From Raillietiella orientalis (Eukaryota), in contig JAYWIR010000012.1 of NCBI GenBank assembly GCA_036172245.1, forward strand, positions 1,054,001-1,118,000: DNA of 64,000 nucleotides, given 5' to 3'. The notes beneath the pieces are model-generated. The model did no database searches. It worked only from the letters and a program-made list of their open reading frames with translations, and was not told the DNA's origin. The translations under genes and the position numbers were made by a program. Below are positions 39,250-53,149 of this stretch, piece after piece. The first letter of the stretch is position 1. Each line of letters begins with the position of its first letter.

Positions 39250-40450
39250 CTAATCAGGGTACCAACGCAAGGAGGTTGCGGCGGCCTTCTACCTACCAAT
39301 CTTCTGGAGGCAAATTGGAACCTCTCCCTTCGCGAAGGGTCGCATCATCATGCGCGGGTGCTGCCTGTTTGGACGGGAACGCAACGACTGGATTGGAAGG
39401 AGCACGACAAGAGAAAGCAGACCAAATTCAGGAAACTCCCTCTGTCCCTGTTTGCTGGCGGAGGATTGCCTCCCTAGGAAAAGAGCAAGATCTTGCAACC
39501 TTGGGTACCAAAGGATGCCGACTCTCTCAGAAAGCCAGGAACACCTCGTGTACTCTCAGAAAACATAGACAAGGATGCTAATGGTGCGTCAGCCTTAGCA
39601 TCCCCATTCCAAGTGTTCATTGGGAAGCACCGTTATTGAGTCAGCGTTCGGGGTGGGTGACCATCAGCGGATTTCTGACATGAAGAGGAGAATTATAACA
39701 TCCATTTTGCAAACAGAACTAAAACCCCAAATCCCGAACCTCCCTCGTTCATTAAAAACGGGACGGCACTGGCGGAAGAGCACAGGTACCACCACCTTTG
39801 TCGCTTAAACGAATTCCAGAGCTGGCTCAAGCGAATCCCAAATCCTGAGGTCACATTTCTCTAGAAGAGTCATCCTCGGGAAAGCAAATCGCAAAGGGCT
39901 GCCGGGGCCACCATCCGAGGCCAATACGAACTCTTCCCATCTCTGGAAAACGATGGCAGTTCGGCTGCTGCCACAGGACCGTCCCTCCTTTGGTGCTCCT
40001 CTGAGGGCGGCCGTGGTACCCCGAGGTTGCCTCAAACGTGGTAAGCTGCACTATTTCCGCGTAAACTGGAAGGTCAGTACTCTCCAAGATTTCGTGCGGA
40101 AGGGGAAGAAACAGCAAAGTAGCCGAGAAGAAGAGCTCTTTCTAAAATCCCGTCTTGCAGAATCCGAGTTCAAGCACAAAGCGCTGTCAACTCTTCGTAG
40201 GGCACAGTGACAGTCAGGATTTCAAAAGAAAAAACAGCTCCTGACTTCCACTTGGGGTCACACAGCTGGAGGGGCTATTTTGACGGAAGGAAAGCCGGCA
40301 GGAGATCCTGGAGTTTGTTGTTTCCTTCCGGATTTGGTACTGAGCAAGAGGAGAACAGTGATCATTCTGAGCGTTCCCTACTCCTTCGAGAATATCTCAT
40401 GAAGTGTACAAAAGTGTTTGAGGAAGAAGGGAGACCGCATTCAAACATCT
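39250..40450 (+). mobile_element. Decayed L1-like endonuclease-to-linker fragment
   Basis: SAFGVGDHQRI (SDH-like) followed by GRHWRK (G.W..N-like), with local similarity to 59.4 kb. Confidence 0.35.
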
Positions 40451-41249
40451 CTTGCTTCCCTGTTGACGATGGATGTTCGAACAGATGACCGTTGACCCAG
40501 GAAATTGAAGATCCAGGAGCCTTCAGCATTCAATGTGGCTGCAGAATACATGGGACCCACAGGTTTCGACATTGCTTCGATGATGGAATCGACCAGAACG
40601 TTGAGCCCAAGAACCTGTACCAACTGGTACGTATTTAGACGTAGGAATTCCGGAAATGATGCTGCGACCTCGTACGCACAGATGAAGCATGAAGCTGAAG
40701 ATGATAAAGGTTGTGACCATCTTGAAGTTTGGAATGCAAACTTCAAGAGGGCGACCTAGGGACGATGAGATGAAGGCAAAACTCTGCGCTGAATCAGCAG
40801 AGTGAAAGCAGAAAGCACTCAGCAAAATGAAGGGATGCAAAAGCATGATGAAGATGCTTATGAAGAGAACTTGCATTGAAAGCCAAGAAGCTGCCCTCAA
40901 AACGTCAACATTCAGCAGTTCTGGATGACTACACAAGGGCCGGAGAGTTACGAAACTGAGAACGAAATGAACTTTTGGCTTGCTTTTCATAGCCTTGGGC
41001 ACCTTTGTCTCAGAATAGCACCATGCAGCTTCCTTGATGCTGTGCAGAAAACAGCACGAAGGACTTGTATTGTTGCGATGAGTTTCGTGCAAATTCTTTG
41101 CTTCTTTTCCAGAATCCTTGCATGCTATTCGCGACACTTATCATCATCAAGAATCAACAATCTGTCTTGCAACTGCTCAAAGGTTTTAGGACCAGTTCCT
41201 CTCAGAGACAGGCCATCCCAATGATTGGCCATTAGCTATCAGCCTTTCT

Positions 41250-41847
41250 TTGACTCTTAAAGTTAGGAGATGGAGACCACCCTATGAATCCAGTAAGGCT
41301 CCGGAAAAGGGGATCCGTTCCTCTTACGCTTGGGAGGCCCGAAGGGAAGCTCTTCCTGATTCTCTCTGGAGGAACCCGTCGGTTTGTGGGAACCGCTTCT
41401 CATTTCTTCTCCGGAGGGAACCATCAAGGAAATCGCTCCCTGTTTTTTCCTCCTCTGAAGAGAATCTTGAAAGGACGCTTCCCAGTTTAACTGAAGGGTG
41501 CTGCTCGAAGGGAGCAGAGTGCTTCTTACACTCTGGAGACGCAATGAAGCGTCCTCCCGAGGAAGGAAGGACGGAGGGCTCCATTTCCACAATCGGAGGG
41601 CAACCCCGAAGGGCTCCTCTATTCCTGGAAGGACATTAGAGGGTGAACTTCTAATTCTGGTCAGTCACTGGGAGCATCTGGGAGTTTCCAGCTTCCACCA
41701 GTGCCCCCAGCGAACCAGCGCCATCCTGCGGGAGACTCGAAACCCACGACGCATCCATTTCTCTGGCGTCTTGCCCGGGCAGAATTCGAACCCGCAACTC
41801 TTGGCACTACGTGTGGATAACGCAGCCACGTGGCCATCAACGTGGGC
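41250..41847 (-). mobile_element. tRNA-headed SINE, copy 2 (3'-truncated)
   Basis: Head GCCCACGTTGA TGGCCACGTGG..GCGGGTTCGAATTC (A and B boxes), with the shared body. Confidence 0.8.
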
Positions 41848-44415
41848 ACTACTCTGTAGAAAATAACCTAAGAGAGAGCTAAGGAATGCATTGGCCTCTC
41901 ATGTCTGCAACTACATTCCAACGCCCACGGGCCACTGTGTAGTCATTGTGAACGTGAGCCTCACAATAATTGTATTTAAAGAGAGGTGCATTTTGAGTGT
42001 CTTATGCTTTCCCCCCACCCCCTTCCGTGGCGGTTGCGGAAAAAGGTTTCCTAGAAAGTGAAACTGCTGCTGCTGTTGATTTGCTTTTGCGGGGATGAAA
42101 ATCCGTGCGTTGAGGAGCTGTTCCCTCGACTCTGCTTTCCGTGAAAGAGCAGCTGGAAATCCAGGGGAAACCGCAACGCCACAGAGGAACGCGACATTCC
42201 TTCCGATTCCTTTTGCTTCCCATAAGCGGCGGTCACGAAATGTCTCCATGAAAACGATACGCTTTTGCATGTGAATCAGAGGCATCATTGGATAGGGAAA
42301 ACAGGCCAAAGAATTTCCAAAAGCTCTCAGTCCCGTCCGGTGGTGTGACGGGGACATTCCAGAATGCGCAAATTACCTGTCTGGTCTGTCACCCATGCAT
42401 GTTTTTGTGGGAATGGATCGAAGAGCTTACTAATAAGCGCATTGGAAGGGAGCAGCCGCGGACAGTGGCTGAGATGTGCATCGTGTAGGAGGAGGGATCT
42501 TCCTTGTACTTCGTGGGCCTCGTTCGCCAAGTGTCACCACTCGCAAGAATGGGTCCTGGCCTCCAGTTTCTATCCGACTGTATTGGAAAGTAGAACGGCA
42601 TTCGGAAAGACGTTGCGGAGGACCTTCTTCCTCGACTTGCTACCTTCTTGTTACACGATGAAGAATTGCGAAAGATGCCAGCACGAAAGTTCATAACCGG
42701 AAAATCCGAATGCTGAGACTGCAGTGGCTTTTGCTCTGAGTTCCACGTGCAAGCGGCTGCATACTTAACCACATTCGAGCTCACTTCCATCACTGGAGAC
42801 TTTGATCACTGCGACGGGCAAAGAGTGAGCTTCCCTTAAATCACATGCGTGTATCCACAAATTTTCTTCCAGAATGCACCTGTACTAGCGTGTTTTTCAA
42901 GAAATACCCCCTCGTTTTTGGAAAAAAAGAGAAGAGGAAGCGAAAGAGAAGAGAGGTCAAAGGTTGGACTCGCTTCAGGAGAGCTACGAAGAAGCGGTGG
43001 CCATCCTTTTCCTACTGTGCGTAGTCCACCTTTCGTTTAAAGAAAAGCAAATTTTTAGGACTCCTTCATTGGGATCTGCCTGAAGTGTTTCTCATCTGGG
43101 TGGGTTGGTTTCCTGGTTATGAAGAAAACCTGACCATTTCCTCTATTGGAGCAATGAGGCTACTCATCTCAGCTTTTCTTGTTTTCGGACACTTTCACGT
43201 TTCTTAAGCAGAGAGGGAGTCTGCTCGCGCTGGAATTCCCAGTAGGACGCTTCTATGCATGATGAAGCCAGTTCTGTTTCACAGGATTGGTTCCAAAGCT
43301 GATTGCTCAAGGGCTGAAAAGCTCTTGGGTCACTACAGTGGAGAGTGCTATCAGCTATGCTGCAAATCTGGAGACTTAAAATTTATGGCTTCTTGCTAAA
43401 GAGGCAACACCTAGGACGCCACATTCGTCTGTGGTTCGCTTCCACATGCATCATGAGAAAGAGTCAAAGGCCAAATGGGGTCCACGGCTGTTTCCTCTTG
43501 AAAGAGTCTCGGGCCAGAAAACATTTCTCTCGAGAAGGATTTTCAACTTGGGACTTGTTTTGCTCTGTGCCTCGATGAAGAAAATGGATGAGTGGAACTG
43601 AAGAAAAGATGATGACCTCGAACATGAAACTGCTGTTGCTGTCGACTTGTCTTTGCGGGCTGGAAATCCCGGGGAACCTTCGTGCCGCAGAGGAACGGAA
43701 CCCTCCCGCGAGCTGCTTCGCTCCCTGTGAGCGTGCTTTGCTGCTGCTGTTGCTGTTTCATGTTGTCTCTCTTCTCAGACGGCAGCAGATTCGTTCGACT
43801 CGGAAAGCTTCCACGTGTTCATTTCATCCGTCCAGTGAACCAAACAGTGATCTGCTCTTCAACGATCTGCATGAGCTTACTAAGAATGAACTGACGAGAA
43901 CGAAATTGAAAGCGGATCGAATCCATCGGCGGTTCGAAGCTGCGCTGACCGGCTCATGAAAATTAGGTCAAACCAAGGGACACAGTGGATCTCTTTCCTT
44001 TTCCTGCAAGAAACAGAGTGCAGTCTTGACGACGCGAAGATCGATCCGAACGCTGTTCGTTCCAAGTCTCTCTGAACATACCGCAATCCCGACATCCCCT
44101 TTCCAGATCCTTCCCGTTTGAGCATGGTTTCAGGTGACTGAGCGGATTTGTGATTCAGCACAGGCTCTCACTCCAACCATCCCCAGCTTTTCGTTCTTTT
44201 CGGATGAAAGGGCATCAAAATTTTGAGCCAAAGGTCTCTTGAGAACTGTCCTGGCAACGTGTGATGTCTTTTTTCTCTTATTTTTTAAATTTTAGAAAAG
44301 GCCAGTAGTGACCTCATGCCGAGATCGCCACAATTGACCTAAGATGATTATCACCTAGTTGTGCGGAGACATTTCTTACATAAGGTGATGAAAATACATT
44401 GGTGTGATGGAACCC

Positions 44416-45300
44416 TTGGTTCTACCACGTGCGATGAACATGCCGAAGAGCGATGCGCAGACCGTCGAGGTGCGCTTCGGCAGCGTGGGAGAAGAGAAAA
44501 CAAAAACAAAATAAAGGGAGAGGGGAAAACAGGAGAGGGGAAAGTTTTGCAAGGAGAGCTTCACAGTGCGTTTCCACGCGTGCTCTGCATTCTGTCAGGA
44601 TGCTGGCAAATTCCGTCCTTGTTCCACCCAGGTGGGGCCATCTCGAGGCGGTTTTCAGGAAAATCCGCATCCAGTGGATGGCGTCACTGTCATTCTGGCC
44701 TTTTCTTCTGGATCGCCGTGATCCTGCGAGTACAGCTGAGAACTGTGAGGGATGCGGCTGGAGGCAGTGCGGCAGAGAGGCACGCGCGAAGAGGCGTTTC
44801 CAAGTGTTCCTGGGACTGCCCGCCGGGATTCCTAGGATCGTCGCAAGGTGATATCAAAGGAATCGGAGGGCAGCACAATCCAACAGCAGGTACGGGAGCG
44901 TCTTCTCCTTCCCGCACCTATTGCATTGAGCGTTCACGCTCCCCTGTGCCCAGTAGTGAAGGCGCGCTTCGCACGGAATTCTCCATGCAACGCCAACTCC
45001 TGCCACTTGAGGGGGAGGGTGCCACTGTTTCAGCGCGCTGGGGCTAGTTCATCTCCTCCGGGGGGATATCGAACAGCTCTCCCCAGAGCAGAAGTCCGTG
45101 CAGTGGGACACTCGGGGTCGTAGTGTCCGTCATTTCCCGAGTTGTCCACCCTCTCAAAAGTTTCTTCACTTCCCACCTTGCCGGGATTACGTTGATCCTT
45201 GCGTCCCTTAGGGAGTGTAGCACTGGAAAAAGAGTGCTGGAGGAGGTCCACCGTATCCTCTGTATATCTCCTCCGGCGACTTACGATCACCGGCGCCGCA
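44416..45300 (-). mobile_element. L1/Tx1-like 3' end (family C), copy 2
   Basis: LLWGELFDIPPEEMN..LPLKWQELA (zf-RVT-like), collinear with 32085-32900. Confidence 0.65.
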
Positions 45301-45679
45301 GGCAGGCGCACTCCGCCTCGCTCGCGCCATGGATCTTTCCCCATGAACCAACGGACTCCTGTAGCCAGACATTGCAGTTCGCGGGGAGCCAGGAAATCTT
45401 AGTGTTCTCCTTCACCAGGGCAGCCATCTGGCGCAATTGGCGTCCGCAGCGCCTCAGCAATCTCTCGCGGGCGACTAGGAGGGATGTTGAGAATGAGACT
45501 GAGACTTTCCCTCGCAGCCGGCTGCGTGTTCGCGAGAAGCCGTGCTGGTGCGCACCAGAGCATGGTTCATCTCATCTCTCTGCGAGGGAAAGTCCTCTGA
45601 GTTGGAGCTGAATGCTCCATCCTCTCCAGCGTAAGGAAGCTCTGTCCACCAACCTTTCGGGTTCTTCTGTCTTCTCTCC

Positions 45680-46420
45680 TTTGCTTTTTCTTTTCTTCGG
45701 TCTTCTTTTTTTAGCTCGCTAAGTGCTGAAGAACCCTTGTCCTTAGGGGAAGCGATCACACTATCTTAGCCACCCGAGGGTGCATACAACTCTCCAAGTT
45801 AGGGGGTATACCGGAAGGGGACCACCATATGAATCCAGGAGGGATCTAGAGGAAGAAGTCCGTTCCTCCTCCGCTTGGGAGAGGACCTTGAAGGGAACCA
45901 CCTCTTGATTCTCTCTGGAGGAATCCCTTGTAGGGAACGGAAAGAACCCGGAAAGGATCCGATCCTGCATTTCCTCTCCGGATGGCACCCTCAAGGGGAC
46001 CGCTCCTTCTATGTTTCCTTCTCTGAAGAAAACTCTCAAGGCATGCTTCCCCGAAGCACCTTCCAGCACACTGAAGAGGCACCCCCCGAAGATGGTAAAA
46101 CCAGCTCCATGGAGGGTCTTCCTCTCGAGAGGAGGACGGCTTTATTTTTACAGCCGGAGGGAACTCCGAAGAGCTCCTTGATGTCCTGAAAGGACCCTGG
46201 CTGATCAGCTTCCAGTCCTGGCAAGTCAACGGGGACATCCGGCTTCCACCAGTGCCGCACCCAAAGAGGCCAACCAGCTCCATCCTATGGGGGGAGGGCG
46301 ATTGAAACCCATGACGCACCCTCCGTTCTCGAGATCGGTCCTTCCCCTGGTGGGATTCGAACCCGCAACGCTCGGTACCACACGAGTAGAGGCCGCAGCC
46401 ATGAGGCCAGCGAGGTGGGC
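45680..46420 (-). mobile_element. tRNA-headed SINE, copy 3 (best-preserved head)
   Basis: A box TGGCCTCATGG (46409-46399), B box GGTTCGAATCC (46363-46353), shared body and A-rich tail. Confidence 0.85.
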
Positions 46421-47959
46421 CAGGGAATGGCGTTTAGGCGCGTTTGCCGACTCGAGCAAGGGAACTTTTGCAAGGAGTCCACTCAAGCGTGCTGATATGC
46501 CCCTTCTTCCTTGATTTACCTGAAGAAATTATGGGAACAATTCTGCAGCAGCAGCCACCCGTAACGAGGGAGGGGTCCATTCCCTGAAGAGCCGAAGAAC
46601 AGAATATTCCATGGTGAAGCCTTCTCAATCCTTGCTGCTCTTCTTCTGAATTGATTGCTTTAAACGAATGATCTGCCTGTTGTGTTCACCATCTCCTTCC
46701 TTGCAAGAAGTTGGACGGAGAGAAACAACAACCTGCGACTTAACGCTGACTGCTCTTCCTTGGTCCCAAGCTAGCATCCGCAGGACTCCTGAAGCTAAAA
46801 CGGTCGCGCATGCGGAAGCCTACGGAGGTCTTACTCGCGGTGAGATTCACGCGGAGGAAGGGCCCACTCCTCCCCCATACGAGAGGACCAGGGATCTGAG
46901 GGCATGCAGCGTGCAAGTCCGGTACCAACTTGGAGACTCGGAACTTCTGAGGCGTGTCAGGGATGGATCTGTTGAGGAGGTGAAGATTCTGCGGCCGTTC
47001 CTTGCGGTGTTGGCTCCTCCGCATCTTCGCAAGGGAGGGACCTGCGCATGTGGTCCATGCGGAAGTCTGCGGGGCCGGGCGAGGGACTGAGAACTAGTCC
47101 CCGGCCAAAGAAAACGAAATCCGGCGCGCGCGCTCGCCCGTTCAGGAGCTTTGGGCGCGGCGCGACGAGGAGGAAAGGGCGCCATCGATCCAGGTGCCGG
47201 TGAGCTGGCCCTTCCTGTTAAAAGACGCAATGCAAGTGCGCGCCTGTTCGGTCCTCTCGGATGCTGCGGGTGGTGGAACTGCTTGCAGCGGCTTCGCCTG
47301 AAAGCACGCGTGGGTCGGAGGAGGACCGAGGTAAGACTTCGGTCTGGGATGGGGGGTCCCCGAAAAGAGGCGAGGAATCCTCAGGGAGGTTTGTCGCTGG
47401 GGACGCTGCTGGGACGGAGGAGCAGAGGAGGCGGCGGCGTGGGTCTTGACGGAGACTTACTTCTTGCCCGGGTCTTCAAGGGAAAATCGGGTTGGGGGCC
47501 GGCGGCGAAGGAGAGTGTGCGGCTTTCTCCGCAGCCGGCGCCCCGATTTGGGAACGCGGCATTTACGGCCGCTGCTCTCCTCCCACGGAAAACAAGTAAA
47601 TCAAAGGGACGACTGTCGGGGAGGGTGCGGAAGTGCTGAACTCGCAGTTCCCTCGCGGGGAACTCCGGTCATTCCCGCGATGTTGGGTGCTTCCCGAGGT
47701 TTTCCGAAACATCGCTCCCGGCCGAAGCGGGGGATGGGGGGGAGGAGGGGGGGAGAGGGGAGCTGAAGGAACCTCAGATTCCATCTGCATCCCGAATCGC
47801 GCATGACCGATTCTTGCCATCAGAGGAAAACTCGCGTCCCGGATAAGGCGTTTCGCGAACTGCACCCATGCAGTGGCTCCTGGGCCGCCAGCCGCGGTAC
47901 GACGGCGAGGAGAGGCAGGGATGCGACGAGGGCTGTCGACCCTCCTTCACTTGCAACCC

Positions 47960-48765
47960 TTTTTTTCTCTTTTCAGGTTTTCTTTTTTTGTATTCTCAAC
48001 CGCTCGCCTCCCCACGGAGGGCTCATGAAGCTCTTTGAGCACCGTCCACGCCACCCGAAGGCGAGTGTAGCTCCTCATTTTAGGGGGAACCTTGGGAGTA
48101 TTGAATCCAGGAAGGGCTCTGGAGGAAGGAGACCGTTACTCTCACGCCTGGGAGGGATTTCGAAGGACACCCTCCACCCTGGCTGCTTCCGAAGGGAGCC
48201 TCCAAAGGAACTCCTCTCCCATTTCCTCCGGAGGCACCCCGAAAGGTGGTCACTCCTTTTTCCTTCCCCGAGGGGAACCTGAAAAGGATTTGCTCTTAGA
48301 ATTTCTTCTCCGGAGGGAACCCGCAAGGGGACCGCTCCCTGTTTCTTCCCCTGAAGAGAATCCCCCTTAGGGCGCTTCCCAGGAGGTGGCAGCACCTTCC
48401 GACATCCTGGAGGAGTACCACCACTGAAAGGGATAAAGCCAGCTTCATGGAACGCGATAAACGATATTCCCCCCCGAGAGAAGGACGGCTCCATTTGCAC
48501 AAACAGAGGGGAGTCCCGAAGGGCTCCTTGATGTTGTCCTAAAAGGGTCCCGGAAGGTCCACTTCAAGTCCAGACCAGTCATTGGGGTCATCTGGCTTCC
48601 ACCAGTGCCACACGCTTGGAGCCTTCAGACCAATGAGCGCCATCCTGCAGGGAAACGCTCGAAACCCACAAGACGCACCCATTTCTGAAGGTCGACCCTT
48701 CCCAGGGATAAATTCGAATCCGCGACGCTCGGTGTCACGCGGCCTCCGAGGAGGGCTAGTTAAGG
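47960..48765 (-). mobile_element. tRNA-headed SINE, copy 4
   Basis: GCGTCGCGGATTCGAATT B-box region, shared body, and a T-rich tract on + at 47960-47990. Confidence 0.8.
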
Positions 48766-51700
48766 CGCCAATGGGATTAGAGTCCTTGCAGAGGACGGAG
48801 CTGTAGCGCGCATCCTCCCGGAAGCTGCGCTGCAAAGTGGCACCGCGACTCCTCCTTGATGGAAATGCGGAGGGAAACCCGGACGAGACTCAGGGACGCT
48901 TCCTTGTCGAGTCCATCAGGGATCAACGTGACGTCATACGCTGGTTGAAAATGGGAACCGGCAAAATGGCAGGAGAGAGGCGAAGAGGGGATCCATCAGA
49001 GGGCTCTTCTTCCTAATTCAATTAAAGATGGCAGTTGTTCCTCGCAGATGAAAAACGAGAAGAGGATGCAGCGAGAATTCTTAAGAGAGGCGCTCGACTG
49101 GGAAGCATCTCGAAGGGAGGGTTCCTCCCCCACGGGCATGTAGATGACGGGATGGCCCCGTCGTGGCGAACGTCCACGAGATGCACCTTTCTCAAAGGAG
49201 CATCCGCGGCTCCGTCAGAACGTCGCGCCTGTCGGAGTGCCTCTCGTGCTGCGCAGCGGCAGGCGGCCGGAGTCTCGCGGTGCGCCCGCGCCGAGGCGGG
49301 GGTGGCGCCGCGTCTTCCCGTTCCCGGGATGCGAATCATACTGTCCTCCCAGACGGAGAGGCCGACTAGCCCGGGGCTATCTCCTTTCCCTCCGTCGAGA
49401 CCCGCGGGACGGCGGCGACGCGCCCGACCGGCCGCCTCCCTATGGTACTTGAGGTCCTGCGAGGGACCTCCTGGATGAAGAGGGGCCGGTCCACGCGCCT
49501 TGGAGGAGGATGGGCCGCGGCATCTGGCAGCCTTTTCTCTCCCCTTTCCCCACCCTCTTTCCCTTGAAACGCGCGACCGGGTCCGCGTCCTGAGGGGTTC
49601 GGGACAGAGGTTCCAGAGGCTGCGAGACCAAATGACCCGCGGGCAGAAAGGGACTGCGCCTATCGAGGGCACTGCCACCCGCCTCCTCTCCAGTCCGCGA
49701 GTGGCACCATTCCGCCCTTTGCGACATGGTCTTTGTTCCCCTCCCCCTCATTAGTCCGCTTCGAAGGAAACGGGGAAGAGGAAGGAGCATTCGGCGAGTC
49801 GCTCGGAGCACTGGCGAGGTCACATCCAGTTGTCCAGTCAATCTTCCCTCCTCGGTGCCTACTGAAAAGAGTGGGACTGCCTCACGAGTCTCGCCGCCTT
49901 CCCACTCAGGCCCGCCACAAGGAGCGACGTGGAAGGGACCGCTACATACCCCGGAGTCACGAGCATTCCGGCTGCGCCCGCTATCCAGAGCCAAGGCTGC
50001 GGAGGAGCGCTAGCCGCCTGGGAAGCGGTCAACTCACCATTTCGAGCTGCCCTCCTTCGTCCTTCCTCGCGTCCGTGGGTCGACATCTCCGCGGGAAGCG
50101 GGGACAAGGACAGACGGCGCTCCACATCCCTCTGCGGGCTTTCAGAGAGCCCTGGGAATCGCGCCGATTGAGCCGCACCTTGGCCGGTCCACAGGGAAGT
50201 TTCCAGGTAGCGAGACCTTTATTGAGAACCTGGAGACTTCGGGGACGTGGGAGCGATGCAAGGCTCACGAGCCGTGCCGGGGGCGGAGTTCCGAACCTGC
50301 GTGAGTGGACCGTCGAGGCGGAGGTTAAGGCAGGTCTCCATGCGTAATTTGCGAGAGCGCACCACCCACGCAGCTGCGCGCGCAGTGACCCCGAGAACGT
50401 TCCGCGCGTGCGGGACGGCGATTCTTTTCGAGGGCGGTCGAGGGACTAAGAAGAGTGCCCGCGGAAAGGAGTAGGCGACCACTCCTCCAGGTGGCTGGCC
50501 GCTGTTTCTGCAGCGGGATGAAACACCTGCTCGAAAGATTCAGCCCGCTAGGAGGCCGATTGTCCCAGGAAACCGAGGGCTTGCCGCTTCCCGTCGTCTC
50601 CCTCGGCGCGACCTGAAGACAGGGTGCTGACCAGGCTCTTCGTGGGTCCGGGACGGGAGAACTTACGGCGGAGATAGGCAGACCGCAGCTCGGAGGAGCC
50701 CAGAGAGTCAGCTGAGGAGGAAGCACGGACCCAAAGAAGCAGCCGCTCCCTCCCGGAAAAGGGGTGAAAAGAGAAAGTGGCATCATCTAAGATGGCGCCT
50801 GGTGGAACCACGTTACGCGGGCCATCCCTCAAGTGTGCTTTCTTAGAGGGAAGGCCTTCTCTGAATCTCCTCTCCTGAAGAACGCCGAAGGAATGCGAGC
50901 AGGCTGCTTGATCAACAATCTGGAGAGGTTTCCTTCCTCCCGGTCATGTAGGGGGCGCTTCTTGCAAAAAAAAATCCGCAAATAAGGTCAGAACATGAAA
51001 ACCCGTGTGTGACCTGCTCTTCTGTGTAGCCGGCGAGTCGGTGATCATAGTGGGTTTGCCATTCCACACCGTCCTTGTTCGGGGAAAAAACAGCCCTGAC
51101 GTGACCGGGTGATGGCAGTGTCGGCGTGCGTTGCACGGGACAGCCCAATGCAAAAGTGGCAACACCGAGTCTTGCCGCTTCAAGGGAAGCGCAGAGCTGT
51201 CCCAAACACTGAGTGGCTTTCCAAGAGAATTCAAAGAACATCGACCAGGCAGAGCAGTGAGAAAGTAGGGGTAGAAGGGTCAGCAGAGTGAACGTGTTGT
51301 TCAGCATCTCAATGGCTTTTTTGCTCCTGCAGTTTCAAACCTTGGGGGAGGAGACTTGTGCTCCAGAGAGGTCCATCGATGGAGATGGAGACTTGGGCTG
51401 GCTTAAACAGAAAACGAACTCCCGAGTCCAGTGTCGCTATCCGAGTTTGCATCGCAAGGCTGATATGACCTCTCCATCTTTTCCGAAGAGTGAACTGAGC
51501 ATAGCCACCTCCGCTTGTCTTTTCTGATCATTCCTCGTGCTGATCGCTGCTTCACAGAACGCGGACACCACCTAGCTGGGGATTTTGTCGGCTGCACTGA
51601 CAAATGACAATCCCCTAGTTGATTCACTCCTAGCAAGAAGACTTTCGCTGTCCCCTGCCCTTGGATTCTTGCGAGTCTCGTCCGGCAGTGGAATCGTTTT

Positions 51701-53149
51701 CCAGAGATACACCACCTCCGCTCTCCAACACATCCCCCGAATGAACAAGGTCAAGTTGTTTCCAATTTATGCAGGTGACGAAGGTGTGACACTGTCGAGC
51801 TTCTTGTGGGGCAGCTCGTAAGACTTTCAGGCGCCACTTGCCAGCTTGCAGGATTGGTGACCTCGTAGCGGGAATGGCGAATTTGGTGGACCGGTGGAGG
51901 ACGGGCCAGTAGGCGACACCCAGTGCGCACGCTAAAGGACTGCACCTCTGGCAGGAATGCCTGGAGATTCCAAGCGGAAGAAGACGTCGAGAAACCGGGA
52001 GTTTCAGCTGTCTCTCAGAAAGCCCCGAAAGAGAGGTTCAGTTTTGCCTCTGATTCAGCAATGCTCATGCAATGAACAAGAACACTGCAAGGAGCAGTGT
52101 TGTGTGAGCAGTCACCTCTGAAAGCCACTTCTTTTCATTACGACTCTTACTGTGCTGCTTCATTAATCTTATGCTTCAGAGGATCATGGGTGTCCTTTTC
52201 GTCATTAAAGCTTCCACATTGCATTCTGAGAGTCTTTTGGAGCTTTCAATTCATTTGAGAATGTCCACTCTTTAGTATGTGCTTTAGTTCTCCTTTCCAA
52301 GGAGATACTTCGACCTCCATTTTCCTGGTTTCTTCCCATATTGGAAATCAGGGAAAGAGCACGTTTCTGCGCTGGTCAGCACCGGGCTTTCGACCCAGCG
52401 GCGAAATCTTCTCTGCTCAGATTTCGCCATTGATGCTTTTCAACGTTCTTCAACGGAATATTCAGAAACGCTATGAGTTAGTAGCTTTCAGACAGACTAT
52501 TTCGGGAACAAATTCCAAGTTGAAGCCGGTTCCAACGCTCCCGGTAGGAGGGGCGTCTCTGGCCTTTAAGAATCTTCATTTGTGGCACCGGAAGAAGTAA
52601 GGAAAAGGGAGAGGAAGAAGTATTGAGGGAGGTTGGCTCTCTGACTTTAAAGGTCTTTAAAGACCTTTAAAGGAGTGCTCGCTGCCGTCAGGACTATTGT
52701 GGTAGTATCTCTGATGTCTCCTGACTTGAGGAACCACGAAGTGTAGAGGGAGTTAAAAGTCCCGAAGAAGCGGACGGATCACTCGAGAGAGAAACTGCTC
52801 TCACATTCGTCTTCCCTGAGATGAGCTCTGTAAATTTCGGACACCCCCTCCCTCTCAACGGAAGAAAATTAGCTAATCTCAAGAGCTAGAAGGAAGTGAC
52901 AGGGTGTGAAGACAAAGAAAATTCTCCCCTTTATCTGTTTGAACCATTCCAACACTGACGTCATTGAAAAAAGAGAGAATGCCACTTAGGATTCATCGAT
53001 AAGCAGCACCTTCAGGAAGGGAGACATCGCATGCTTTGCCTTGAAGCTTCATGTAGGTATTTGCCAACACTACTAATACTGTTAGCAACGTGATCGATTA
53101 GCAAAACATCACCGCATCCATTGGTTTTTGAGCTCAGTCACACCTGGAC

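Noticed and set aside
46345..46420. Bona fide tRNA genes at the SINE heads
   Set aside because: A and B boxes are present, but I see no consistent acceptor stem or cloverleaf. The copies are diverged and attached to a common body.
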